DNA of 64,000 nucleotides, taken from positions 37,573 to 101,572 of the forward strand of contig JAYPVM010000004.1 of assembly GCA_038134595.1 (NCBI GenBank). Reading direction: 5' to 3'. The position numbers and the translations under genes were made by a program. Numbering within the stretch: the stretch's first letter is position 1; every line of letters begins with the position of its first letter. The notes under the pieces are model-generated. The model was not told the origin of the DNA and searched no databases. It saw nothing but the letters and a program-made list of their open reading frames with translations. Source of the stretch: Pseudomonadota bacterium (GTDB lineage: Bacteria; Bdellovibrionota_C; UBA2361; OMII01). Shown one piece after another: positions 28,706 through 38,041 of this stretch.

Positions 28706-30058
28706 TCACCACACACATGACCGTTGAGCTCCATCGCCGACTCTCCCAAAAAGGAGGAGCTTCCGGAGAATCCACGGAGGGCAGTCGGAAGGTAAGGACT
28801 CTCCTCTCCGAAATGTAAAGTTTTGTTGATTGCGAACAAATGTAATCTCAATGCTTCCGGTAGGATGAGCCATATCCATCTGACTTAAAAATGAACAGAT
28901 GGTGAGATATGGATAAGAGCCGGGTAAAAGAATGTTCTCATCTGACTTAGAATCCGCCCGAACGCTGAGTATGGTGGCAACGTCACTCTGAAGGCCAGTA
29001 ACATCAAGACCTTTTGGAATTACCAGGTGATTAGAATATGTAGGCTCCACCTGTAGGTTGCTGTACATAGAGAAACTGTTTCGATTCCTAATGCCGAGAT
29101 AGGGGGAAACCCCAAGAATAAGCGGAGGAAGAAGCATTAAGACAAACGGCAGGGGTAAGCGCCCTGCGATTTGAAGCTTGTGTTGGATTCTATTAGAGGA
29201 TTTGAAAACAGCCCACAGGATATATACTGCGAAGAGGGTCCAGAGCAAATATCGGATGATGGAAAAGTGTAGGGGTGAGAGCACTTGGATAGAGCAACAT
29301 ATAAGAAGCCCGTACAGCAATAATGCCCCACTCAAAAAGGCAGGATACCAATATGCCAATTTCTCGCGGTATAATCGCTTAAGGCTTGCGGTATCCAGCC
29401 AAGCACAGAGAAGAACAAAGAGGGTGCTCGAGAAATTTGCAAAATATTTGAGATAATTAGTCGCAAGTAGGCAGTGAAAAACCAGCCCAAATAGCACCCC
29501 ATACCTGCGAGTTGGAGACCACATGAGCAGCAATGCGATCGCGAGCTCTGAGATGGCAGACCATACTCCGGGTGTTGATAACGTATCGAATGGATTTTCT
29601 TGCCAGAGCGTAGATGCTAATCCGTGTAACTCGATGCTCTGTTGGAAAAATTTAGATGCACAACTAATGGTGTTATTCAAATAGGCGGTGTTTAGTTTTG
29701 CAAAGAACGCAAAACAATAAACAACAATACACAGGTAGCGAAGTGTAGTAACTGCACGTCGCTCATGAGTGAAGCTTCGCGTGGAAATTACAAGGGTTGC
29801 TCCGCTCAATAAAAGAAGCACTCGATGATTAGGAACAACAGGAAAGCACCATGCGATATAGATTGCAAACGTCACTACAGCGCCGTGGAGAGCTCTACGA
29901 GATGATGGAAAGAAGAGTAGTATAAAGGCGCTTAGAACGCTTGCAATGTGCAGTAGGCCAAGCCACACATCACTAGTAACCAGGATGTTGTGATTTAGAG
30001 ACCACAAAAGCGCAATCGTCCACAAAACAACAAGAGGTGCAATTCTATTGGATGTCAT
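28706..30058 (-). CDS. HTTM-domain-like membrane protein
   Basis: Multi-TM with PNH, FFAKLN, E(LAI), FH, SPYLG and FSMYSNL motifs. Confidence 0.55.
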   Translation of the reverse strand: MTSNRIAPLVVLWTIALLWSLNHNILVTSDVWLGLLHIASVLSAFILLFFPSSRRALHGAVVTFAIYIAWCFPVVPNHRVLLLLSGATLVISTRSFTHERRAVTTLRYLCIVVYCFAFFAKLNTAYLNNTISCASKFFQQSIELHGLASTLWQENPFDTLSTPGVWSAISELAIALLLMWSPTRRYGVLFGLVFHCLLATNYLKYFANFSSTLFVLLCAWLDTASLKRLYREKLAYWYPAFLSGALLLYGLLICCSIQVLSPLHFSIIRYLLWTLFAVYILWAVFKSSNRIQHKLQIAGRLPLPFVLMLLPPLILGVSPYLGIRNRNSFSMYSNLQVEPTYSNHLVIPKGLDVTGLQSDVATILSVRADSKSDENILLPGSYPYLTICSFLSQMDMAHPTGSIEITFVRNQQNFTFRRGESLPSDCPPWILRKLLLFGRVGDGAQRSCVW

Positions 30059-30225
30059 AGTCTTACGAAGTGATCTGAATAATACACTTTACATAGAGTA
30101 CCGTTATGCCGAGAAGGACCGCAAGTAGTGATGGTTAAGGTGTTTCGTAACGTGCACCAGACCGCAGTGAAGTTTTGACGAGGAAAATCGCCATCGAGGT
30201 CGAACGCGCACAGAGCGCTGCTGAG

Positions 30226-30855
30226 CTAATACTCCACCGGAAACGGATCGAGACTTCTCCATAGGTACCACGTAGCAACTGTTCGCCAGGGCTTCCACGC
30301 TTCTCCGATAGCTATAATCTGGGATTTCTCTGCCTCTTTTCCGTCGAGGTAGTGTTTCTCCACGGCGCGAATGAGTCCGATGTCTTGGAGTGGATAGATA
30401 TCAGCTCGTTGAAGTTGAAAGATTAGGAACATCTCAGCGGTCCACTGACCGATACCGCGGACTTCGCAAAGACGAGCAATCAGGTCATCATCTCCCATTG
30501 AGCGAAACGAGCGCGGATTTATTTGCTTTGTTTCGAAGTGCTGCGCCAAATCGAGAATATACTCTGTTTTTTGTCGTGAGAGTCCGCACGATCGGAGTTG
30601 TTGGGGTGTTTGTGTAAGTACACGAGCGACAGATACTCCGCCGACCTGTTTTTCAAATTTAGCCCACACAGACTGTGCGGCTTTGACGGATATCTGCTGA
30701 CCTACTATCGCTCGAAGCAGCGTTTCAAACGCGGTGCCCCGAGATTGCAATCGAACATCTTTGTACTGTTTGATAAGTTTATTTAGTACAGGATCCTTTC
30801 TACTAAGCGCCCTGCATGCCTGAGGCCAGTAGTGTGGAACGCTCGGTGTAGCCAT
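30226..30855 (-). CDS. DNA-3-methyladenine glycosylase (AlkA/HhH-GPD family)
   Basis: AIVGQQIS.KAA, CGLSRQK, HhH motif VRGIGQWTAEM, D in PLQDIG, WKPWRTVATWYLW. Confidence 0.92.
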   Translation of the reverse strand: MATPSVPHYWPQACRALSRKDPVLNKLIKQYKDVRLQSRGTAFETLLRAIVGQQISVKAAQSVWAKFEKQVGGVSVARVLTQTPQQLRSCGLSRQKTEYILDLAQHFETKQINPRSFRSMGDDDLIARLCEVRGIGQWTAEMFLIFQLQRADIYPLQDIGLIRAVEKHYLDGKEAEKSQIIAIGEAWKPWRTVATWYLWRSLDPFPVEY

Positions 30856-30883
30856 ATAGAACTCTCTCTGTGTCTTCCTTTCT

Positions 30884-31891
30884 CTACGAGTTGGACCCAT
30901 TATCATCTAAAAGCTTGAAGCCGTCAGATACGTGCGTGCTGGCATCTTGTCGGAGCATCCACTCCAGAGCGGGCCAGTTGGCTAAGATGTTCTGGGTCGG
31001 AACTCCACGAATTACAAGATATTTGACGAGAGCTTCTCCATCTGTTGCTTGTGCTGTTCTGACGGCGGCGCCTTTAGAGGCTTCAATAGGAAGCCCTGTG
31101 GCTGGATCAAATATATGCGCATACAGCTTGCCATCGATAACTATCGGTGTGCCGTGGGCGCGAGAAACCGTTAGCGTCTCATCGCGAAGCATTAAGCGTC
31201 CCGCTATACTGCCAAGTGTAAGCTCTAACTTAACAGGCCAGCCACTGGTGTTTGGAGGGCTTCCCACGCAGCCCATGCTACTTCTGCCGAAATTGATAAA
31301 TGCGCGCTTAGTACCTTGTTCGCGTAGGTAGGCAAGCATCTTATCAACGGCGTATCCCTTTCCGATGCCACCTGTTTCGACTGCTACCGAAGGATACTGT
31401 TTTGCGATAGTGCCGTGCTCACCTAGTGAGACGCTATCTGATGTGAGAATCGGAAGCAGAGTTTTAATCTCGTGAGGAAGGGGCGGTCTATTCTGTTTTT
31501 GGGCACTATGCCACAGCGTAATAAGTGGACGGATCGTGATTGAGAAGGCCTCGGCGGTTTGTTTTGAGAGCTTCTTGCCGTCTTTAACAAGCTCGTAAAG
31601 TTCTGGAGAGACAGGCTGTGGAGCAGTAGTTTCTTTAGCGTTAAATACCGATACCGCGCTTTCGCTTTTCCATGTGCTTAACACATCGTCTAAATGTTCT
31701 GCGATAGCAAACGTTTCATTTAGTGTCGCACGACCCTCACGCTCGGAAGGAGCGTAGAGTGTGATGTCAAGCAGAGTTCCCATGACATACCGCACTTCCG
31801 ATACTCGGACATCGGTATGAGCATCTGACGTACCTGTAAGTAAGTGGCACGCGGAGAGAGTCAGAAGTAGTACCGCTACAACGGATCTCAT
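30884..31891 (-). CDS. apbE: FAD:protein FMN transferase ApbE (lipoprotein, divergent)
   Basis: Lipobox LSAC, MGT, GGIGKGYAVD, HIFDPATG. Confidence 0.85.
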   Translation of the reverse strand: MRSVVAVLLLTLSACHLLTGTSDAHTDVRVSEVRYVMGTLLDITLYAPSEREGRATLNETFAIAEHLDDVLSTWKSESAVSVFNAKETTAPQPVSPELYELVKDGKKLSKQTAEAFSITIRPLITLWHSAQKQNRPPLPHEIKTLLPILTSDSVSLGEHGTIAKQYPSVAVETGGIGKGYAVDKMLAYLREQGTKRAFINFGRSSMGCVGSPPNTSGWPVKLELTLGSIAGRLMLRDETLTVSRAHGTPIVIDGKLYAHIFDPATGLPIEASKGAAVRTAQATDGEALVKYLVIRGVPTQNILANWPALEWMLRQDASTHVSDGFKLLDDNGSNS

Positions 31892-31894
31892 CGA

Positions 31895-32407
31895 CTACGC
31901 CCGAGGTCTTACATTCGAATCGGTATACGCGTTTCGCTGGAAGGTAAATACCCCCCAAACCGACAAGCCAATGGTGATGATCAGTGATAGTTGAAGAAGG
32001 ATAAACGAGATTATCTTCATATATGCAAACACGGGGCTTACAAAAACTATGAGCCAGCCAGAGGCTTCGTCGAGAAACGCTGTCGTAAAAGCGGTGACAA
32101 TAAGCAGTAGCTTTAGCCCTCCTTTAATTGGAATAAAAAGAAGAAGATGCATCAGCGCTACTAAGAAGATTCCCATTGCAAAGAGATGAAAGTGGCTTAT
32201 CTCAAGAAGTCCGCGAATGCTTTTGGGTCGTGTAAACTTTTCAGGAGAACCCAGGTAGTGCTCGACGATATCCTGATATCCAAAGCCCATATGGATGTAG
32301 AATCCAAAATTAGTGAGCCAAAACGCAAAGCAGTAAAAAAGAAAAAAGAGTACGATGACCCTTAGAAGGGAGTTCTTGTTCCATTCGCCTGTTACGATAA
32401 ATCTCAT
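31895..32407 (-). CDS. Small polytopic membrane protein with several His (possible cytochrome b-like)
   Basis: About 4 TM segments; LLEISHFHLFAMG...LMHLL; overlaps the upstream gene by 4 bp. Confidence 0.65.
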   Translation of the reverse strand: MRFIVTGEWNKNSLLRVIVLFFLFYCFAFWLTNFGFYIHMGFGYQDIVEHYLGSPEKFTRPKSIRGLLEISHFHLFAMGIFLVALMHLLLFIPIKGGLKLLLIVTAFTTAFLDEASGWLIVFVSPVFAYMKIISFILLQLSLIITIGLSVWGVFTFQRNAYTDSNVRPRA

Positions 32408-32970
32408 CTAGAGTCTCTCTCATCGAGCACTACTGATAGCGAGGCTCTCACTGCGCGCACACCATCTGATAGTCCATTAACGGTCAGAGTTGATCCTGCT
32501 ATTGGCGCGATGCCTTGTCCAGGGATTAATTCTTCCAGTGGTTGATTTCCCTCAAGCTGCTGCAACCACGAGTCAGTTGGTTGGTACTCTGAAGGCTCGT
32601 TAAATGCTAGTAGAACAACCTTTGAGACGGTTCTATCTGGGGTAAGTACGACCATAAATGCCGCAAGGTGTGACCGCATGATACGAGAGTCGATGATAGC
32701 GTATCCGACGACAGCTCCGTTTCGTCTTCCTTCATAGTAATGAAAGATATTAGACGAAAGCCTTGTGTATGCATCGTGTTCTATCTGCTCTCGGGCACTC
32801 TGAGAGAGTACCTTTGTGTTCTCATGAATCTCGACATCCTCTGCAAAAGCGATGTTCAGCGCCTCATCTTTAGCCAAGAAGACCTCAGCAGACGCTGAGG
32901 TAAAACACCAGCCTAGAGCGCTAACACAAATAAGTACAAAGCGTGCACAAAACATCTTCATTACAAGCAC
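32404..32970 (-). CDS. Exported FMN-binding domain protein (putative flavinylation substrate)
   Basis: Signal peptide ASA|E; F.EP.EY.P...WL.Q and IAGSTLT (variant of [ST]GA[ST]); adjacent to apbE. Confidence 0.75.
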   Translation of the reverse strand: MLVMKMFCARFVLICVSALGWCFTSASAEVFLAKDEALNIAFAEDVEIHENTKVLSQSAREQIEHDAYTRLSSNIFHYYEGRRNGAVVGYAIIDSRIMRSHLAAFMVVLTPDRTVSKVVLLAFNEPSEYQPTDSWLQQLEGNQPLEELIPGQGIAPIAGSTLTVNGLSDGVRAVRASLSVVLDERDSR

Positions 32971-32973
32971 TTC

Positions 32974-34332
32974 TTAATAGACGAACCCGATGCCTAAAGC
33001 TACTTCGTCTGCTGAAGGATTTATGCCGTCAGTGGTGTAGTTTTTGTAGTCAGCCTTGAGCACGACTTTGTCGAGGGGCTTGTACGATAAACCGACTGTG
33101 TAGACTTGGCGATCTTTAGACGCATTGCGTGCAAATCCACTCGGAACTCCGAGTTGCGTATCTAACTGCTCAAACCGGACAAACGGACTAAGCGATTGCC
33201 GAGTGCCGTACACTAAATGAGGTAATACGTCATATGCAGCCTCGACGTACCAAGCGTTTTGGCGAGAGCCTATAGTTTCTCCAAGTGCCGCACTAACTAT
33301 CTCAGCATCATCTATCGATGTCCAAGTTCCAAGGGCACGCAGAGCAAGTTGTCGGTAGCGATACTGAGCGTGCAGTTCACCGATTGTAGTACGCACGTTT
33401 GGAGTCGCCCCGTTAAAGTCTTCGTTTTGGCCCGAATTTCCCAACCAAAATGAACCTCCAACGAGTAATCCCGGAGCGAAGTCTGGGCTGTAATCTAATC
33501 TGCTAGTCCATGCGATATCCTCAAACAGAGCACGGTTTCCAGACTGCCTACCGCCACGGATTCCTGACTCCGTGAAGCCAGATGCACGTAGTCCGTTTAC
33601 AACATACGACCGATACTCAAGGGTGCCGTTGGCTTCTGTTTGTCCGAATACACCAACCCCCATTTCATTCCACGTGGACGGGATAAGCGTTCGTTCGACA
33701 TCTGGTCGCAACACGCCATAAAAATACGTTGGCTCATGAATCTCGTTTATAAATCCCATCGGGATGAGCACTGAACCTGCCCGAACGTTAAACTCCTTCT
33801 CCAGGAGAAAATCCATGTAAGCAAATTCAATCGCAACTTTGCCCTCTTGCGAACCAGAGTCTCCACCCATCGCGGTAGTGTTTCCGTGCTCAAGCTCTAT
33901 CTCAGAGTTAAAGAGAATGTTGTCGCTAAACTTGTATCCGATGTATGTGACAAGCCTTTGTGCATCAGCTTGGTCAGAGGCGCCTTGATCGTCATCTACA
34001 AACGACCGATAGACCATCTCACCGTAGCCGCCTAGCGAAAGTCCCCCAGGAGCGTTGTAGACACTTGATGCCGCAGGACCCATCCCCCACTGGCTCTTAA
34101 GCTCCTTTTTCTCTGGAATGAGTTGCCCGATACGAGTCTGTTGAATCTCTTGAGCGAGGGTAGCGGTCGTCTCCTCTACCTTCTTATCCTGTTTCTCTAA
34201 CTTAGCCTCCAAAGCCGCGAGTCGCTCCTTTAAGGCTTTAATCTCTGCGGCGTCATCGGCTATAGCTGTTGGTACTAGAGCTAACAGTAGTGAGGAGCCT
34301 AGAAGAAGTGAGAAGAATGATTTTGTGCTCAT
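32974..34332 (-). CDS. Outer-membrane porin with an N-terminal coiled coil (OprO/OprP-like)
   Basis: Signal peptide AIA|DD, coiled coil, then beta strands (SLGGYGE, FNSEIELEH, EFAYMDF, HEP), terminal aromatic IGFVY. Confidence 0.8.
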   Translation of the reverse strand: MSTKSFFSLLLGSSLLLALVPTAIADDAAEIKALKERLAALEAKLEKQDKKVEETTATLAQEIQQTRIGQLIPEKKELKSQWGMGPAASSVYNAPGGLSLGGYGEMVYRSFVDDDQGASDQADAQRLVTYIGYKFSDNILFNSEIELEHGNTTAMGGDSGSQEGKVAIEFAYMDFLLEKEFNVRAGSVLIPMGFINEIHEPTYFYGVLRPDVERTLIPSTWNEMGVGVFGQTEANGTLEYRSYVVNGLRASGFTESGIRGGRQSGNRALFEDIAWTSRLDYSPDFAPGLLVGGSFWLGNSGQNEDFNGATPNVRTTIGELHAQYRYRQLALRALGTWTSIDDAEIVSAALGETIGSRQNAWYVEAAYDVLPHLVYGTRQSLSPFVRFEQLDTQLGVPSGFARNASKDRQVYTVGLSYKPLDKVVLKADYKNYTTDGINPSADEVALGIGFVY

Positions 34333-34646
34333 ATGTAAATATTTAAGTAAAAATAATAGTTTAAGTATTTTGATATTATGCCGAAGCAATTACCTATAAA
34401 AACAACGCTGTATCTATCATCCAGATGTTTGGCATGTCAAGCAATCGGGGGGTATTTATTACACAAGGTGTAAATATTCCGCTGAAATGACCGAAATACC
34501 CTTAAAACCGGTGGTTAGTAATCACGCGCATCCCTCGGGTTGTTGTGAATCAGAGAGTAAGAATACACTAAGGTGGTTTGAATTGTTGTTGGGGTGTTAC
34601 GTTGACCAAAGGATAAAGAGACACGTGCAGTGAAGGAGAGGCGTAT

Positions 34647-35432
34647 ATGAAGAGCCATGAAGTTGATTACGAGATAATCGGGGATGACATGCAGTTAGTC
34701 GAGGTGGAGCTCGACAGAGGAGAGACTGTCATAGCAGAAGCCGGTGCGATGAATTACATGGAAGAGGGAATACGCTACGAGGCTAAGATGGGAGATGGCT
34801 CGGAGACCAATGAGGGAATCATGGATAAACTTCTCTCTGTAGGTAAGCGTGCTTTGACCGGTGAAAGTATATTCATGACGCACTTTACCCATGAGGGTAC
34901 AGGAAAGAAGCGAGTAGCATTTGCAGCACCGTACCCGGGAAAGATTATACCGGTAGACCTTAGCCGCCTTGGTGGAGAGCTTATCTGTCAGAAGGATGCG
35001 TTCTTGTGCGCGGCAAAGGGTACCAATGTCAGCATTGCATTTAACAGAAGATTAGGCGCGGGGTTCTTCGGTGGTGAAGGATTTATACTCCAGAAGTTAG
35101 AAGGCGATGGGATGGCGTTTATTCACGTTGGTGGAACCGTTATCGAAAAGAAACTTAACGGGGAAAAACTGCGTGTAGATACGGGATGCCTTGCAGCGTT
35201 CTCTTCTGGCATAGATTACAGCATCGAGCGCGCGGGTAATCTAAAGTCGATGTTTTTTGGAGGAGAGGGGCTGTTTCTAGCAACGCTACAGGGCACTGGG
35301 ACAGTGTGGCTTCAGAGCCTGCCGTTTTCTCGTCTTGCAGATCGAGTCATTCAGCATGCGCCGAAGATAGGAGGTACGCATCAGGGTGAAGGTTCGGTAT
35401 TGGGAAGGCTTGGTAATTTGATGGGGGATTAG
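34647..35432 (+). CDS. TIGR00266/AIM24-family protein
   Basis: [56 protein letters not shown]. Confidence 0.92.
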   Translation: MKSHEVDYEIIGDDMQLVEVELDRGETVIAEAGAMNYMEEGIRYEAKMGDGSETNEGIMDKLLSVGKRALTGESIFMTHFTHEGTGKKRVAFAAPYPGKIIPVDLSRLGGELICQKDAFLCAAKGTNVSIAFNRRLGAGFFGGEGFILQKLEGDGMAFIHVGGTVIEKKLNGEKLRVDTGCLAAFSSGIDYSIERAGNLKSMFFGGEGLFLATLQGTGTVWLQSLPFSRLADRVIQHAPKIGGTHQGEGSVLGRLGNLMGD

Positions 35433-35495
35433 CGGGCTTATACGGATGCTAGAGCGAGTAAAGAAGCTGTAAAGATGACCAGTCAGTCAGAATTG

Positions 35496-35533
35496 TCCCA
35501 GAGGGTTATTTTGTAGACACAAGGGACTTAAAA
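35496..35533 (+). pseudogene. Degenerate tRNA-Leu(TAA) 5' fragment
   Basis: tcccagagggttattttGTAGACACAAGGGACTTAAAA; similarity stops at the end of the anticodon loop. Confidence 0.5.
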
Positions 35534-35551
35534 GAAAGTGACTGAACGTAT

Positions 35552-35593
35552 GCCCGAGTGATGAAATGGTAGACATACAGGACTTAAAATCCC
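35552..35593 (+). pseudogene. tRNA-Leu(TAA) 5' half with no T arm or 3' acceptor strand
   Basis: GCCCGAGTGATGAAATGGTAGACATACAGGACTTAAAATCCC; no GTTC and no CTCGGGC downstream. Confidence 0.7.
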
Positions 35594-35647
35594 AAGCGCC
35601 AACCACCAGCAAACCAATCCCACCGGAAGTGACAAACGACGCCTTTG

Positions 35648-37459
35648 CTACCGCTTGTTAGCCTGCAACACACGTTTTCTGATACGCACGCAATTAGGGG
35701 TAACCTCTACAAGCTCATCATCTCGAATAAAGTCGATTGCTTTTTCAAGACTCATTGGAACAACTGGAACAAGTATGACGTTCTCATCCTTTGCGGCGGC
35801 TCGGATGTTTGTAAGCTTCTTTGCTCGACAGATGTTTACGTTTAGGTCGTTGTCTCGACTGTGTTCTCCTACGACCATTCCTTCGTAAACGGGGTCGCCG
35901 GGTTGTACAAATATTTTACCGCGTGGTTGGAGTCCGAAGATAGCATAAGGAATTGCTTCTCCCAATCTGTCAGCGATCAGTGACCCTGTCTGTCGACTTA
36001 CAAAATCTCCTTTATAAGGTTCATATCCTTTCAGATATGAGTTCATGATACCGGTTCCCCGCGTATCTGTTAGAAACTCATTTCGGTATCCGATCAGTCC
36101 TCGGGAGGGGATTTCAAACTCGATACGGACTCGGCCTGATCCGTGGTTGACCATGTTCACCATTTGACCCTTACGAAACGCTAGTTTCTCTGTAAGCGCT
36201 CCTATGAACGCTTCATCACAGTCGATAAGTACATGCTCTATCGGCTCGTGTTGTACGCCATCGACCTCTTTGTAGATAATCTGCGGTCGACCAACGGTAA
36301 GTTCAAAACCTTCTCGGCGCATCTGCTCAATGAGAATCGCCATTTGAAACTCCCCTCGACCTCGCACTAAGACGCTTTCATCCTCTTTCGAGTCTTCTAT
36401 TTTTAGCGCTACGTTAAATAGGGCTTCTTTGTAGAGCCGCTCTTTGATCTTTTGGGGCTGAACTATCTTTCCGTCTTTACCGCAAAATGGCGATGTATTC
36501 GCCATGAATTTCATGGATATCGTTGGCTCGTCAACGGTTAGTCGAGGAAGCGCTTGGGGTTCTTCAAGTGTGCAGATGGTGTCTCCAATTGAAACATCTT
36601 CTACGCCCGAGAGGATGATGATTTCTCCTGCCTTGGCTTCATCAACTTCCTCAAAGGAAATTCCTTGATAGACCTGTACTTTGCTTACTCTAAGTGGGCG
36701 AGGTTGCCCATCGGGGCCGATGCACGCAAGGCGCTCGTTTTTCTTTGCACTTCCGTTAAACACGCGTCCGATAGCGAGCCTACCGAGGTAGTCTGAGTAC
36801 GAGAGGTTCGACACGAGCATTTGAAATGGTTTTGCTGGCTCGTATGAGGGGCCGGGAACGGTTTCAACGATAGTATCAAAAAGCGGAGCTAGATTAGTTC
36901 CTTTCTCGTCGAGCGTTTTTTGAGCGATACCATCTCTACCGATTGCATAAAGCAGCGGAAAGTCGAGTTGATCTTCTGTGGCGTCAAGATCGATAAAAAG
37001 ATCGTATACTTCGTTTATGACTTCCTGTGGACGTGCATCACCTCGGTCGATCTTATTTATTACAACAATGATTGAGCATTTGGCTTCAAGTGCTTTTTTT
37101 AGAACAAACCGCGTCTGAGGAAGTGGGCCTTCTGAAGAGTCTACGAGTAAAACAACACCGTCAACCATCATCATAGCGCGCTCTACCTCGCCACCAAAAT
37201 CGGCGTGGCCTGGGGTGTCGAGGATGTTGATCTTTACATCTCCCCATTTAACCGAGCAGTTCTTGGCGGCGATGGTGATTCCGCGCTCGCGTTCAAGATC
37301 CATGCTGTCCATGACCCGGTCTTCTACCTCCTGATTGGAGCGGAAGAGTCCACTTTGTCTAAACATGTGGTCGACGAGGGTAGTTTTACCATGATCTACA
37401 TGCGCAATGATTGCGATGTTTCTAATCTCTGAGTTAATAGCTGAATCTTGTGTTTCCAT
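35648..37459 (-). CDS. typA: Translational GTPase TypA/BipA
   Basis: AHVDHGKTT, ERERGITI, DTPGHADFGGEVER, NKID, GRGEFQ, DDELVEVTP. Confidence 0.97.
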   Translation of the reverse strand: METQDSAINSEIRNIAIIAHVDHGKTTLVDHMFRQSGLFRSNQEVEDRVMDSMDLERERGITIAAKNCSVKWGDVKINILDTPGHADFGGEVERAMMMVDGVVLLVDSSEGPLPQTRFVLKKALEAKCSIIVVINKIDRGDARPQEVINEVYDLFIDLDATEDQLDFPLLYAIGRDGIAQKTLDEKGTNLAPLFDTIVETVPGPSYEPAKPFQMLVSNLSYSDYLGRLAIGRVFNGSAKKNERLACIGPDGQPRPLRVSKVQVYQGISFEEVDEAKAGEIIILSGVEDVSIGDTICTLEEPQALPRLTVDEPTISMKFMANTSPFCGKDGKIVQPQKIKERLYKEALFNVALKIEDSKEDESVLVRGRGEFQMAILIEQMRREGFELTVGRPQIIYKEVDGVQHEPIEHVLIDCDEAFIGALTEKLAFRKGQMVNMVNHGSGRVRIEFEIPSRGLIGYRNEFLTDTRGTGIMNSYLKGYEPYKGDFVSRQTGSLIADRLGEAIPYAIFGLQPRGKIFVQPGDPVYEGMVVGEHSRDNDLNVNICRAKKLTNIRAAAKDENVILVPVVPMSLEKAIDFIRDDELVEVTPNCVRIRKRVLQANKR

Positions 37460-37573
37460 AGCTGGGCGATGGTAGCTTGGAGTGGAGAATTAAGCAAAGC
37501 CTCCAAGGGGTATAAAGTGCTGTTTTTAGATTTTTTTTGTTCCGATTTCCTGTGGTTATTCTCTTTAGTAGCT

Positions 37574-38041
37574 CTAGTGAAGGGGAGGCTTGTTGAGTTC
37601 AAGGGGCTTGCCGCTACTGTCTAGGTTAGAGTGAAAGACTGAGGTTGCTACCCGTGGCGAATAGCTTTTAAGAAGGTATCGTGAGAGTTGCTCGGTAAAG
37701 TAAACCGAGCGGTGTTGTCCGCCGGTGCATCCGAAAGCTACTGACAGGAATGAGAAGTTCCGATGCATGTAGTTTTCAATAGCGGCATTGATGAGCGCAA
37801 ATGTGTGGGTTTGAAAGGTTTGAACCTCCTTTGATTGTTGCAGATAACTGATAACCTCTCGGTCGAGTCCTGTTTGGCTCTTGTATTGCTCTTCTCTCCC
37901 TGGGTTTGGGAGACATCTACAGTCGAACACAAAACCACCGCCGTGTTTTTCTTCGGTGTTGCTGAAGAGATTAGCGGGCAGGGGGCGCTTATACGAGAAG
38001 CTGGTTATTTCAACGGTTAGAATGTGAGATGAGTCAGTCAT
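37574..38041 (-). CDS. Stand-alone RapZ C-terminal domain protein
   Basis: SFSYK, HGGGFVFDCRCLPNPGR, FGCTGGQHRSVY; ATG 38041 overlaps the upstream stop (ATGA). Confidence 0.8.
   Translation of the reverse strand: MTDSSHILTVEITSFSYKRPLPANLFSNTEEKHGGGFVFDCRCLPNPGREEQYKSQTGLDREVISYLQQSKEVQTFQTHTFALINAAIENYMHRNFSFLSVAFGCTGGQHRSVYFTEQLSRYLLKSYSPRVATSVFHSNLDSSGKPLELNKPPLH

Noticed and set aside
35552..35640. Intact tRNA-Leu(TAA) or intron-containing tRNA
   Set aside because: No T arm or 3' acceptor strand is present, and typA ends ~55 nt later, leaving no room for a group I intron and 3' exon
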